From positions 864,001-928,000 of the forward strand of contig CAVPNL010000006.1 in NCBI GenBank assembly GCA_963706575.1: 64,000 bases of DNA. Reading direction: 5' to 3'. A program made the translations under genes and the position numbers. Below, piece after piece: positions 20,255-30,335 of this stretch; the first letter of the stretch is position 1, and every line of letters begins with the position of its first letter. The DNA comes from an uncultured delta proteobacterium. Lineage in GTDB: Bacteria > Desulfobacterota > Desulfobacteria > Desulfobacterales > JAHEIW01. The notes beneath the pieces were generated by a model. The model saw only the letters and a program-made list of their open reading frames with translations. It had not been told where the DNA came from and ran no database searches.

Positions 20255-20362
20255 ATGCAACTTAAAGAGGTGATCACCGAACTTAAATTTATGGGGAACC
20301 CCAAAGCGGCAGCCGGCATGGCCAGATACGGCATCAAAGCCGAAGATAACTGCCGCCGCTGA
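20255..20362 (+). pseudogene. Truncated N-terminus resembling a DNA alkylation repair (AlkD-like) protein
   Basis: MQLKEVITELKFMGNPKAAAGMARYGIKAEDNCRR* resembles the start of that family; only 35 aa remain. Confidence 0.55.
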
Positions 20363-20401
20363 AATCTTTGGCGTGTTCACCGTCACCGTCAATTTTCTAA
20401 A

Positions 20402-21085
20402 TTACGATCCCACAAAAACACATTCCACCAGCCCCAGGGCGGAAGATATCACCTTGACCGCATCATCCACGTTTAACGTTGCGGTATTAACGACCAGATC
20501 ATAATTGGTGGGATCGGCAATATCGGCGTTAAAATACTTGCGGATAAACGCCCGGCGGTCCGATTCGGTTCGCATGACCCGTCTTTTGGCATCTTCTGAG
20601 GACAAATCGAATTCTTTGGCGACATTTTTAATTCGCCAGGCTTGGGCAGCTACAATGCGCACACTGAATCTTTTTTCAGGCGGCAAAATAAAATTGGCGC
20701 CTCTTCCGACCACCACGGCCCGGCCGTGTTTGCCGATGGTTCCGACCACTTTCATCAGATGTTGCATGTAGCGGTCCGGCCACAGATGCCGTTCATGAAC
20801 CAGAGATGAGATCCAGTCTTCCAGGATCGAAAGCCCGCGTTCATCCAGGGTTTCTACCAATTTTTCGCTGACGTCGGCACTTTTGGCCATTTCATTGATA
20901 ACCTCCTGATGGAAAATAGCAATGCCGAGCTTCTCGGCCAGGCGGGTTGCGACGATGCGGCCGCCGCTGCCCGGCTCTCTGGATACCGTAATGATGGAAA
21001 TACCTTCTTTTTCTTCCTTTCCCTCCTTTTGCATGATTTGCCAGCGTTGAACCTGTTCTTCAATAATCCGAGGTATGCTTTTCAT
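20402..21085 (-). CDS. Cytidylate kinase-like family protein
   Basis: ITVSREPGSGG, VVVGRGANFIL, YDLVVNT; RBS before the ATG at 21085. Confidence 0.85.
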   Translation of the reverse strand: MKSIPRIIEEQVQRWQIMQKEGKEEKEGISIITVSREPGSGGRIVATRLAEKLGIAIFHQEVINEMAKSADVSEKLVETLDERGLSILEDWISSLVHERHLWPDRYMQHLMKVVGTIGKHGRAVVVGRGANFILPPEKRFSVRIVAAQAWRIKNVAKEFDLSSEDAKRRVMRTESDRRAFIRKYFNADIADPTNYDLVVNTATLNVDDAVKVISSALGLVECVFVGS

Positions 21086-21325
21086 AAGCCCTCCTTTTCT
21101 CTGATCTTGAAGTGAAGGTTTTTGGTCCGGCAAATTAACAGGCCAGGCCCTGCTTAAAATTAAGAATAGGCTTAAACCCTGTCAATTTTTTATTGACTTC
21201 TAGTTGACAAAAAATAACTATCTGAAATCTGAAATGTGTTTGAGACGATTTTTTTCTGATAGAATCAATTCACCTTAAGATACCCAACGATCATTTAACC
21301 GCTAACCCATATCATAGAGGGCAGG

Positions 21326-22165
21326 ATGATGACCGCTGATCTGAAGGGCAAAGCAGCGCTGGTGACCGGCTCAGGGAAAAAGAACGGTATCGGCTACGGG
21401 ATTGTTCGAAAACTGGCAGAATCCGGGGCCAATGTGATCATCGCCGATCTGGTGGGAAAAGAAACCCGACAGAATGAGGCGCTTTCCGATAACATGGCAG
21501 AAATGACTCAGCTGGCAAAAGATCTGGAAAAGGCATTTAAGATCAAGGCGATTGCCGTTGAATTGGATGTGACCCATGCGGAGTCGATTGCCCAGATGGC
21601 AGCAGCAGTGCAAAAGCAGTTCGACGGCATCCACATTTTATGCAACAATGCCGGCACCGTCTTTGGCGTACCCAATGCCGTTCATACTTACGATGAAGAG
21701 GCCTGGATGAAAACAATCGATGTCAACCTGCACGGCGTATTTCGGGTCTCCAAAGCAATTGTGCCCTTGATGACCGCTGGCGGTGGTTGCATTATTAACG
21801 TCGCCTCCAGAGCTGCAAAGGTTCCGCCCTTGTTTAACGGCGCCTATGCCGTGGCCAAGGCAGGGGTTGTCATGCTCACAAAGGTCATGGCCAAAGAACT
21901 TGCCGGAGCCGGAATCCGGGTCAATGCCATCTGCCCAGGGGTCATTCAGACCGATTTCACCGACTGGCGCTTTAAGCTGGAGGCCGATATTTTGGATTCG
22001 ACCGTTGAGGCGCGCAAAGCCGAAATGCTTAAAAGCATCCCCATGGGCCGCCTGGGGACCGCCGCTGAAGTTGCAGACCTGGTGACTTTTCTGGCCTCGG
22101 ATCAATCGGCATACATTACGGGCCAGGCAATCAATATTACCGGCGGGCAGCTGATGGAGATTTGA
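21326..22165 (+). CDS. SDR-family oxidoreductase
   Basis: TGSGKKNGIG, NNAG, YAVAK (YxxxK), RVNAICPG. Confidence 0.9.
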   Translation: MMTADLKGKAALVTGSGKKNGIGYGIVRKLAESGANVIIADLVGKETRQNEALSDNMAEMTQLAKDLEKAFKIKAIAVELDVTHAESIAQMAAAVQKQFDGIHILCNNAGTVFGVPNAVHTYDEEAWMKTIDVNLHGVFRVSKAIVPLMTAGGGCIINVASRAAKVPPLFNGAYAVAKAGVVMLTKVMAKELAGAGIRVNAICPGVIQTDFTDWRFKLEADILDSTVEARKAEMLKSIPMGRLGTAAEVADLVTFLASDQSAYITGQAINITGGQLMEI

Positions 22166-22234
22166 TCTGCGATCAAATTTAGTTAAATCATATTATCGCT
22201 GTTAAAAAGCACGACAAGAATTAGGTATAAATCT

Positions 22235-22305
22235 TCGTGGCTGAAAGCCACTCCCACAAATGGGGTGATTTTCTCAGGGTGGGAGCGACGTTCTCGCCGC
22301 GAGAA
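22235..22305. repeat. GTGG-type REP-like doublet, copy 1
   Basis: TCGTGGCTGAAAGCCACTCCCACA ... GTGGGAGCGACGTTCTCGCCGCGAGAA; closely similar to 26143..26213. Confidence 0.7.
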
Positions 22306-22325
22306 GCAACGGAGGAGGATATACA

Positions 22326-24030
22326 ATGGACATGGTATCGGGAGGGCAGTTGGCCGCAGAAGCGCTGGCCCAGAAAGGAGTCGACACTATTTTCACACTG
22401 AGCGGCGGTCATATTACGCCGATTTATCAATATCTGGAAAATGCGCCGATTACCCTGTTTGATACCCGCCATGAACAGGCGGCCGTGTTTATGGCTGAAG
22501 CCTGGGGCCGGATGACCCGCAAACCGGGAGTGGCGATGGTAACGGCCGGGCCGGGGTTTACCAATGCGCTTACGGCGGTTGCCAACGCCCGATTTGCAAA
22601 CTCACCGCTGGTGCTTATTTCAGGGTGTGTTGGGATTGACTGTATTGAAAAACTGGATTTGCAGGATATGCGTCAGCGGCCGGTTATCGAGCCGATGGTC
22701 AAAAAGGCGCTGATCTGTCACAAAGCGGACCGAATTCCGGAATTTATTGACATTGCTTTCCGCACCGCCGGCAGCGGTCGTCCCGGTCCGGTGTATCTGG
22801 AACTGCCGGTTGATGTCCTCAATGCGACGGTCAGCCCCGATGGTATCAAAATGCCCCACACGGTCATTCAATCTCATCCGGTAGACCTGGATAAAGTACA
22901 GCAGATTCTATCGATGCTCGAAAACGCGACCCAACCGGTTATTATTGCCGGAAGCGGCGCGTGGTATGCCGATGGCGGCAGCGAACTGGTGGAATTTGTT
23001 GAAAGCACCGGCATCCCGGTGTTTACATCCGCATTCGGCCGGGGGACCATCCCGGACACCCATCCGTTATGTTTTGAATCTTCACTTGCCATCAGGCCCG
23101 GTGCGGCCCTGGTTGCCAATACCGGAGCTGATCTGGTGCTGTTTCTGGGCGCCCGGATGAGTCTGTACTATCTGTTTGGGGATCTCTTTAATGCGGAAGC
23201 AAAAATTATTCAGGTGGATATTGAACCGGAAGAAATCGGTCGAAACCGGTCGGTGGATCTTGCGGTCGTCAGTGATGTCAGGGAATTGTTAAAAGCCGCC
23301 AACCGTCTTATCCAGAAGAGAGAAAAGAGCGACTCCCTTCGTCAGCGATTTGCCGGCTGGGTATCAACCCTCGAAAAAGCGGATGAGGAGGGCAAGGCGC
23401 CCGCGAAGTCTGATTGGCAAAGTGAAAATATTCCCATTCATCCGTTACGGCTTGCTCAGCGAAATAAACAAGTTTATGGACCGTGAAGGTGATATTGTGG
23501 TAGCGGACGGCGGGGATACTCAGGTCTGGATGGGAATTACCCGGACCATTCGAAATCCCGGTCGCTATCTGGATGCCGGTCTTTATGGCTGTCTGGGGGT
23601 GGGTATTCCCTATGCCAATGCTGCCAAGCTGCGATACCCGGACCAGCGGGTCTGTTTAATTATCGGAGACGGCTCTGTTGGATTTAATTTTATGGAGTTT
23701 GAGACGGCCTTACGAAAGAATCTGCCCATCGTTATGGTCATCAGCAATGATCTCGGATGGGGTATGATTCGCCACAGCCAGGAGTTGCGCATCGGGCATG
23801 CCATTGAAAACGGAACCTACATCGGAAAAGTCGATTACCATAAATTGGTTGAAGCGCTGGGGGGAAAAGGCCTGTACGTGGAAGATCCTGCAGATATCAA
23901 GCCAGCCCTGGAGGAAGCATTTGCCGCCGGCATTGCCACCTGCATCAATGTGATGACCGATCCCACCACCGTTAGTCCGGGAAGCGTCGCCCTGGCGAAT
24001 TTGGGAGGATACACCGCTCAAGCCCAGTAA
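22326..24030 (+). pseudogene. Thiamine-diphosphate-dependent enzyme (acetolactate synthase / 2-hydroxyacyl-CoA lyase-like), split by a +1 frameshift near 23451-23460
   Basis: ORF 22326..23486 has DTRHEQAAVFMAEAWGR and GRPGPVYLE; ORF 23350..24030 has the GDGS...ND ThDP motif; removing one base joins them into about 567 aa. Confidence 0.8.
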
Positions 24031-24090
24031 CGGGTGCGGTCATTCGGTTCGACCTGAACCTGACAATCATTAAAAAAAAGGGATTCGGCC

Positions 24091-24945
24091 ATGGACCTGG
24101 CAGCGATCGATCAGGCGCGACTGAATTTTAATCCCCAGGGGCTGTTTATCATCAATGCGGCCATTGGTCTGATGACACCGTTGAATTTGGCGCTATGGGG
24201 CAGTCTGAATCCCCATACCGCCGTTATCTTAAGAAAGGTCAGCCTCAGCCCCCTGGATGTCTTTATCACCGTTTTTGTCATTCTGGGGGTTCCGCTGTGC
24301 ATTGGCCTGCTGATTTCACGGCTATTTCCGGCGCTGGCGGCAAAGGTCAGAAAGCCGTTTAAAATTTTTTCGCTGGTGTTTTTTATCGGCATTGTTGCGG
24401 CGGCCCTGGCCGTCAACTGGCAAAATTTTTTAACCTATGTCGGCCTGGTATTTATCGGCGTGCTGATTCATAATGCTTTGGCGCTCAACCTGGGGTACTG
24501 GACGGGGCGTCTTTGTGGACTGCCCGAAGCGGATAACCGGATCATTGAAAGCCTGGCGGGGGTGGCGCCCCTGGTGGGTCGGACCGGATATTGTGCCAGC
24601 AAACATGCCTTGCACGGGTTGTTTACTTCCCTGAGAGCTGAATTGATTGGCAGCGGGGTTCACATTATGATCGTCTGTCCCGGATTTGTGAAGACCCAAT
24701 TACAGACACGGGCTCTGGGCGGCGACGGCCGCGTCACCCGCCATCCGCAGTCAACGGTCGGCAGGCAGGATTCGCCCGCCCGGGTGGCGGATGCAGTCTA
24801 TCAGGCTATGTTAAAGAAGAAAAATTTACTGGTGTTGTCGCCGGTTGGGAAACTGACTTATTGGATGTCCCGGATTGCCCCGAGTCTTTATGAGCGGTTG
24901 ATGGCCAGACAGCTTCGGTCGGAATTCATTCGAAGTGGTTTTTAA
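24091..24945 (+). pseudogene. Chimeric ORF: fragments of a bile acid:sodium symporter (BASS) fused in frame to the C-terminal half of an SDR
   Basis: BASS-like N-terminus jumps GLM|TPLNL at about 24174; at about 24540 the sequence switches to SLAG...YCASKHAL...VCPGFVKT (SDR catalytic half). Confidence 0.7.
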
Positions 24946-24968
24946 AGTGCTAATTTTTAAAAAGTGAG

Positions 24969-25093
24969 AAGTGAACTAAAGTGCCTAAAGTGACTAAAGT
25001 TAAGGAATTTTGCCATCTTTTATAAAAAAGATGGAGCCCAGCAAGACCTTAACTTTAGTCATTTTAGCTCACTTTAGGCATTTTAGGCACTTT
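24969..25093. repeat. Intergenic inverted repeat made of CTAAAGTG-like periodic units
   Basis: GTGAACTAAAGTGCCTAAAGTGACTAAAGTTAAGG versus CCTTAACTTTAGTCATTTTAGCTCACTTTAGGCATTTTAGGCAC. Confidence 0.75.
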
Positions 25094-25166
25094 AATGATA
25101 TCGACCTCGAGCTCAATTTGAGATTTTATCCTGTATGGTAAATTTGTAAACTCTAGGAGGAACGTA

Positions 25167-26090
25167 ATGATTGACAGAAAAGTTACCACGGTCATCGATC
25201 CGGAAAAATGCATCGGTTGCGGGTTATGCGTGAAGGTTTGCCCTTCCGAAACCATCAGCATGCAAGACGATAAGGCCCGGGTAACCGGTGATCGCTCGTT
25301 GCAGTGCGGCCATTGTGTGGCCGTATGCCCGGTAGATGCGGTGCGGGTAGATGCAATTGATGCTCAAAGTCTTTCGTTTAACAGCTTCGACCTGGAAAAT
25401 GACTGGCTGCCACACGGCAAGTCGGATACTGCGCATCTGGTTCAATTGATGGCCTCGCGGCGGTCGTGCCGCAATTATAGCGAACAAAGCGTCGATCGAT
25501 CCCTGCTTGAAGATCTGGTGAAAATCGGGACCACCGCACCATCGGGTACCAACTGTCAGAACTGGACCTTTACGATTTTTCCCGACCCCACTGCCGTGAA
25601 TGAATTCGGCCAGCGCATCGGTTCATTTTTCAAAAAGATAAACCGTATGGCTGAAAAAAGATGGATGCGCAAAGCGTTCAAACTGATCGGCAAATCCGCG
25701 TTGGACAATTATTACCGGGAGTTTTACCAGTCGGTAAAAGACGGTTTAAAGGAATGGGAGCGTTCCGGTCGCGACCGCCTTTTTCATGGCGCCACTGCGG
25801 TTATCGTTGTCGCCACCAAACCCGGCGGCAGCTGTCCGATGGAGGATGCCCTGCTGGCCACCCAGAATATATTGCTGGCCGCCCACAGCATGGGGCTGGG
25901 CACCTGCCTGATCGGCTTTGCATTAGAAGCCATCCAAAATGATTCCTCCATTCAGCACTTTTTAACGATACCGGCTGAAGAAACCGTCTGCAGCGTCATC
26001 GCCATCGGATATCCGGAGGAAAAATATGAAAGTCTGACCGGTAGAAAAAAAGTTGTGATGCGGTATTTTGAAGCCGGATCCAACAAATGA
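25167..26090 (+). CDS. Nitroreductase-family protein with an N-terminal 4Fe-4S ferredoxin domain
   Basis: CIGCGLCVKVCP, SLQCGHCVAVCP, RRSCRNY, APSGTNCQ, GLGTCLIG. Confidence 0.9.
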   Translation: MIDRKVTTVIDPEKCIGCGLCVKVCPSETISMQDDKARVTGDRSLQCGHCVAVCPVDAVRVDAIDAQSLSFNSFDLENDWLPHGKSDTAHLVQLMASRRSCRNYSEQSVDRSLLEDLVKIGTTAPSGTNCQNWTFTIFPDPTAVNEFGQRIGSFFKKINRMAEKRWMRKAFKLIGKSALDNYYREFYQSVKDGLKEWERSGRDRLFHGATAVIVVATKPGGSCPMEDALLATQNILLAAHSMGLGTCLIGFALEAIQNDSSIQHFLTIPAEETVCSVIAIGYPEEKYESLTGRKKVVMRYFEAGSNK

Positions 26091-26142
26091 ATAAATGGGT
26101 TTATTGCTGTCCAAAAGAACAACGGGGCTTAGAATTAAACCC

Positions 26143-26213
26143 TCGTGGCTGGAAGCCACTCCCACAAATAAAGGGCTATTCCCGGTGTGGGAGCGGCGTC
26201 CTCGCCGCGAGAA
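26143..26213. repeat. GTGG-type REP-like doublet, copy 2
   Basis: TCGTGGCTGGAAGCCACTCCCACA ... TGTGGGAGCGGCGTCCTCGCCGCGAGAA, between convergent genes. Confidence 0.7.
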
Positions 26214-26221
26214 ACAATGAT

Positions 26222-26863
26222 TTAGGGGCCGCCTGATTCACGTGATTTTAAATATCGAATTAAAATCGACTGTAGCCTGTTCAGATGTCCGGAATAGAAA
26301 TGATCACAGCCTTCGATAATTTCAAATTGCGCCTCCAAGTTCCAGGCCGGCATTAGATCGCGGATTTGATTAACTGGGGCGATGTCATCCCGGCTGCCGG
26401 TGACCACCAGTTTCAGGCAACTCAATTGGTTAACATTTTCAAATTCGATGAATCCGACCGGCGGCGAAATCATCATCATAGACTCTATTGAAGTGCGGCT
26501 GTCGGCAGCGACGCCGGCGTTGACCCAGGCCCCGAAAGAGTAGCCGGCCAGGTCGATGGCGCTGACATCCATGTTTTCAACATAAGAGATGGCGGCGCGG
26601 ACGTCCTCCTGTTCGCCCAAACCATTATCAAAGCTTCCCTGGCTGCCGCCGACTCCCCTGAAATTAAACCTCAGGGTTGCATAGCCATGTTGCTGATAGG
26701 CGCTTTGAACGGTTTCGACAACCGGATTGTTCATCGTGCCGCCGTACAGCGGATGGGGGTGCGTAATCACCACCCCTTTATGCCCGGCGCCTGCCTGCCA
26801 ATAGCCTTCCAGCCGATGCCGACCGGATGGGAGCGAAATTTTTTCCTCCATCGTTATCATCAA
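26222..26863 (-). CDS. Alpha/beta hydrolase
   Basis: HPHPLYGGTMNN, RFNFRGVG, GYSFG nucleophile elbow, DHF. Confidence 0.9.
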   Translation of the reverse strand: MMITMEEKISLPSGRHRLEGYWQAGAGHKGVVITHPHPLYGGTMNNPVVETVQSAYQQHGYATLRFNFRGVGGSQGSFDNGLGEQEDVRAAISYVENMDVSAIDLAGYSFGAWVNAGVAADSRTSIESMMMISPPVGFIEFENVNQLSCLKLVVTGSRDDIAPVNQIRDLMPAWNLEAQFEIIEGCDHFYSGHLNRLQSILIRYLKSRESGGP

Positions 26864-28008
26864 CCGACGGTTTTTAAAATTTCGATAACGTCACTGCCAA
26901 ATTCGGTTGCCTGCCAGTTTTTCAGTTCTTTCATCTTTAACAGACTGCTGGCCGTAAGGGGTCGTTGCACCGCAATCGCACTGATCAGCGCTTTGGTGCA
27001 AATGATGGTCGGATCGATCTCCAGGTGCTTTGCCAGATGGTCCCGCCAGTTGCGCAGTTCCTTGACGCGTTTGGCGACAATAGCAGGTACTTGCGGGGCG
27101 CTTTTACGAGGATATTTCGGCAAATCTTTTGCGGGGATCTGCAAGGCTTTTTTTACCGCTGCGATAATCGCTTTGCCGTAGCGGTCAATTTGTTTGGGTC
27201 CCAGCACTTCGGTTTTTTGCAGTTTCCTTATACTCTGGGGGCGCATTTCTGCCAGCGCTATCAGCGGCTTATTTCCAATGACTCTGAAAAGCGGCCGGTC
27301 CTGCTGCTGCGCCATTTTTTTTCGCAGTTGCAGCAGCTCTTCCAGAACCGCCAGGCCTCTGGGACCCAGTTTCCCGGCGCCTTTAAATCCGGGGAATAGG
27401 GGACCCGAGTCTGTGTTCGCCGCTCTAACCTTACTCAAATAGGTGCATTCTTCCTCGACCCAGGAAAGGCGGCCTTTGTGTTTTAGCTCCTGATGCAGAC
27501 CTCTGGCCAGGGGGACAAGATAGTGTACATCTTTGGCCGCATAGGCAATCATCTCCTTTGGTAGGGGACGTTTCGACCAGTCTTTGCGCTGGTACTTTTT
27601 ATTCAGGTGCACTTTGAATCTATTTTTAAGCACCGCCTCCAAACCGCTTTCACGATACCCTAAAAAACGGCACGCCAGTTCAGTGTCAAAAAGATTGTTG
27701 ACGCTAATTCTGAAATCTCGATACAGAGACCGCACGTCATAATCAGCGCCATGAAATATCTTCTGAATGTCAGCGCGCCTGAAAACCGGCTTCAATACGG
27801 ATAAATTTTTAATCTGCAGCGGATCAATAACGGCTGTGGTGTTTTGCGTGGCGATCTGGATCATACAGACCTTCTCTTTAAAATGATACATCGAATCGGC
27901 TTCCAGGTCGACGCCGATGATTTTTTGCTTTTCCAGCCGGCCGGCAAACTTTTCGAGCTTGGGGATGGTATCGATCATTAAATAGGTGTGTGCGCCGCGT
28001 CTTGGCAT
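26860..28008 (-). CDS. rnd: Ribonuclease D (3'-5' exonuclease plus HRDC domains)
   Basis: GVDLEAD, FHGADYD, FDTELA, DWSKRPL, YAAKDV; the start could be at 27978. Confidence 0.9.
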   Translation of the reverse strand: MPRRGAHTYLMIDTIPKLEKFAGRLEKQKIIGVDLEADSMYHFKEKVCMIQIATQNTTAVIDPLQIKNLSVLKPVFRRADIQKIFHGADYDVRSLYRDFRISVNNLFDTELACRFLGYRESGLEAVLKNRFKVHLNKKYQRKDWSKRPLPKEMIAYAAKDVHYLVPLARGLHQELKHKGRLSWVEEECTYLSKVRAANTDSGPLFPGFKGAGKLGPRGLAVLEELLQLRKKMAQQQDRPLFRVIGNKPLIALAEMRPQSIRKLQKTEVLGPKQIDRYGKAIIAAVKKALQIPAKDLPKYPRKSAPQVPAIVAKRVKELRNWRDHLAKHLEIDPTIICTKALISAIAVQRPLTASSLLKMKELKNWQATEFGSDVIEILKTVG

Positions 28009-28024
28009 TTTTTTCTTGACCCTA

Positions 28025-28047
28025 TCCTATTTTTGAGATGGATTCTA
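28025..28047 (-). mobile_element. Isolated terminal remnant of the MITE-like family
   Basis: TCCTATTTTTGAGATGGATTCTA matches one element end with one mismatch. Confidence 0.55.
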
Positions 28048-28283
28048 TAATTTAATAATTACGCTATTTTATCATTTGATTATTGATAAAGTAAAAGAAC
28101 GGATTATATTCCTCTTAAACCATTCAACCATAACATATAACGAATAACCCCCAATTGATTCTTAAATCAATTGGGGCTTTAATTTTACCCTTTGCTTAGC
28201 TAAATAAGTTTGTTATCCTGAAACTTTAGCAATTATTTCTATTATCTTAGCAGTTGTTCAAAACTTATCAAGGTGAGAAGCCA

Positions 28284-30200
28284 ATGATAAATATAACACT
28301 TCCAGACGGGAACTTAAAGACTTTTGAAAATGCCCCGACGGGCCTGGAGCTGGCCGAAAGCATTTCAGTGGACTTTGCGCGCAATTGCGTGGCCATGGAA
28401 TTAGGTGAAGAGCTGGTTGATTTAACCACTCCCATCACCGCAGACACAAAGGTTCGTTTAATCACCCAGAAAGACCCTGAGGCCTTGCACGTTTTGCGCC
28501 ACAGCGCGGCCCATGTGATGGCCCAGGCCATATTGCGGCTTTACAAAGACGCCAAGCTGACAATTGGTCCGGCCATTGATGATGGTTTTTATTATGACAT
28601 CGACATGGGGCCGGTTTCGGAAGAGGATTTTGCCAAAATTGAAGCTGAAATCAAAAAAATCACTAAGGCCAAACTGCCCATATACCGCAAAGAGTTGTCC
28701 AAAGCCGAAGCACTTGAGTTTTATAAAGACGAGCCCTACAAGCAGGAAATGATTTCGGAATTGGAAGACGGCACCATTTCGTTTTACGAACAGGGCGAAT
28801 TTACCGATTTGTGCCGTGGACCGCATGTGCCGCATACCGGTCATGTAAAGGCGATTAAGCTTATAAAAGTGTCAGGCGCTTACTGGCGGGCGGACCCGAC
28901 CAAAGCCCAGCTTCAGCGAATTTACGGAACTGCTTTTTTCTCAAAAAAAGAGCTCAATGCTCACCTGAATTTTTTAGAAGAAGCCAAAAAAAGGAATCAC
29001 CGTAAAATCGGACAGGCGCTGGATCTCTTCAGTTTTCACGAAGAAGCGCCGGGCATGCCCTTTTTCCATCCTAAAGGCATGGTGGTCTGGAATTCCCTGC
29101 TGGATTACTGGCGCGCTGAACACCGCGTCGCCGGATATGTGGAAACCAAGACACCGATAATGCTTAACCGGGTGCTGTGGGAAAAAAGTGGTCACTGGGA
29201 AAATTATCGGGAAAATATGTATACTTCCTCTATCGATGACAACGATTATGCCATCAAACCGATGAATTGCCCCGGGGGGATGCTCATTTATGGGCGAAAG
29301 CCGCATTCTTACAGGGATCTGCCGCTGAGGGCGGCCGAGGTTGGTCTGGTGCATCGGCATGAGCTCAGCGGGGTTTTGCAGGGGCTCTTTCGGGTCAGGG
29401 CGTTTCACCAGGACGATGCCCATCTGTATATGATGCCGGATCAGATTGAGGATGAAATACTGGGGGTGCTGCGTTTATCAGAGCGCATGTACAGTACCTT
29501 TGGCCTGGGGTTCCATCTGGAGCTGTCGACCCGCCCCGAAAAATCTATCGGCAGCGACGAACAGTGGGAACACGCCACCAAAGGGTTGGAATCGGGACTG
29601 AAGGCCTACGGCCATGATTACACCCTAAATGAGGGTGACGGCGCCTTTTACGGCCCCAAAATCGATCTGCATATCAAAGACGCGCTGGGTCGGACCTGGC
29701 AGTGCGGAACCATCCAGCTGGATATGGCGCTGCCGGAACGGTTTAACCTGACCTACATCGGCAAAGACAACGAACGCCACCGGCCGTTGATGATTCACCG
29801 CACCGTGTTCGGATCCATTGAGCGTTTTCTGGGGATTTTGATCGAACATTTTGCCGGCAAATTGCCGTTGTGGCTATCACCGGTTCAGGCGGAGATTTTA
29901 CCGATTAATGATGACCTGATAGCTTATGCCAATGAGGTGAAATCCGTGCTTGAAAAAGCCGACCTGCGGGTGGCAGTTGATGACCGCGCCGAAAGTCTGA
30001 ACAAAAAAGTTCGTGAAGCCCAGCTGAATCAAATTCCCCTGATTCTTACCGTCGGTGGCAAAGAAAAAGAATCCGGCGCCCTTGCGGTACGCACACTGGA
30101 TGGCCACGTCAAATACGGCGTTTCCCATGACCTGTTTCTCAATACGGTGGGGGAACATATTCGCAAGCGGGAGCTGGCGCTGGATTTGTTCAAGGACTAA
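28284..30200 (+). CDS. thrS: Threonine--tRNA ligase
   Basis: TGS domain, LRHSAAH, DLCRGPH, KPMNCP, GAFYGPKID, WQCGTIQLD. Confidence 0.97.
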   Translation: MINITLPDGNLKTFENAPTGLELAESISVDFARNCVAMELGEELVDLTTPITADTKVRLITQKDPEALHVLRHSAAHVMAQAILRLYKDAKLTIGPAIDDGFYYDIDMGPVSEEDFAKIEAEIKKITKAKLPIYRKELSKAEALEFYKDEPYKQEMISELEDGTISFYEQGEFTDLCRGPHVPHTGHVKAIKLIKVSGAYWRADPTKAQLQRIYGTAFFSKKELNAHLNFLEEAKKRNHRKIGQALDLFSFHEEAPGMPFFHPKGMVVWNSLLDYWRAEHRVAGYVETKTPIMLNRVLWEKSGHWENYRENMYTSSIDDNDYAIKPMNCPGGMLIYGRKPHSYRDLPLRAAEVGLVHRHELSGVLQGLFRVRAFHQDDAHLYMMPDQIEDEILGVLRLSERMYSTFGLGFHLELSTRPEKSIGSDEQWEHATKGLESGLKAYGHDYTLNEGDGAFYGPKIDLHIKDALGRTWQCGTIQLDMALPERFNLTYIGKDNERHRPLMIHRTVFGSIERFLGILIEHFAGKLPLWLSPVQAEILPINDDLIAYANEVKSVLEKADLRVAVDDRAESLNKKVREAQLNQIPLILTVGGKEKESGALAVRTLDGHVKYGVSHDLFLNTVGEHIRKRELALDLFKD

Positions 30201-30224
30201 TGTCGCGATAGGCGAATGCGTTAA

Positions 30225-30316
30225 TTTACCACAAAGGCCACAAAGCACACAAAGAAGAGGGTTTAAGGATAATTTAATTTATCTTTCTCTGTGATCTCTG
30301 TGCGCTCTGCGGTGAA
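30225..30316. repeat. Intergenic inverted repeat made of 9-bp CACA(A/G)AGNN units
   Basis: TTTACCACAAAGGCCACAAAGCACACAAAG versus CTCTGTGATCTCTGTGCGCTCTGCGGTGAA. Confidence 0.7.
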
Positions 30317-30335
30317 AAAATTAAACTAAGATACG

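Noticed and set aside
28050..28283. T-box or Thr-rich leader peptide for thrS
   Set aside because: No T-box consensus and no convincing Thr-codon-rich ORF
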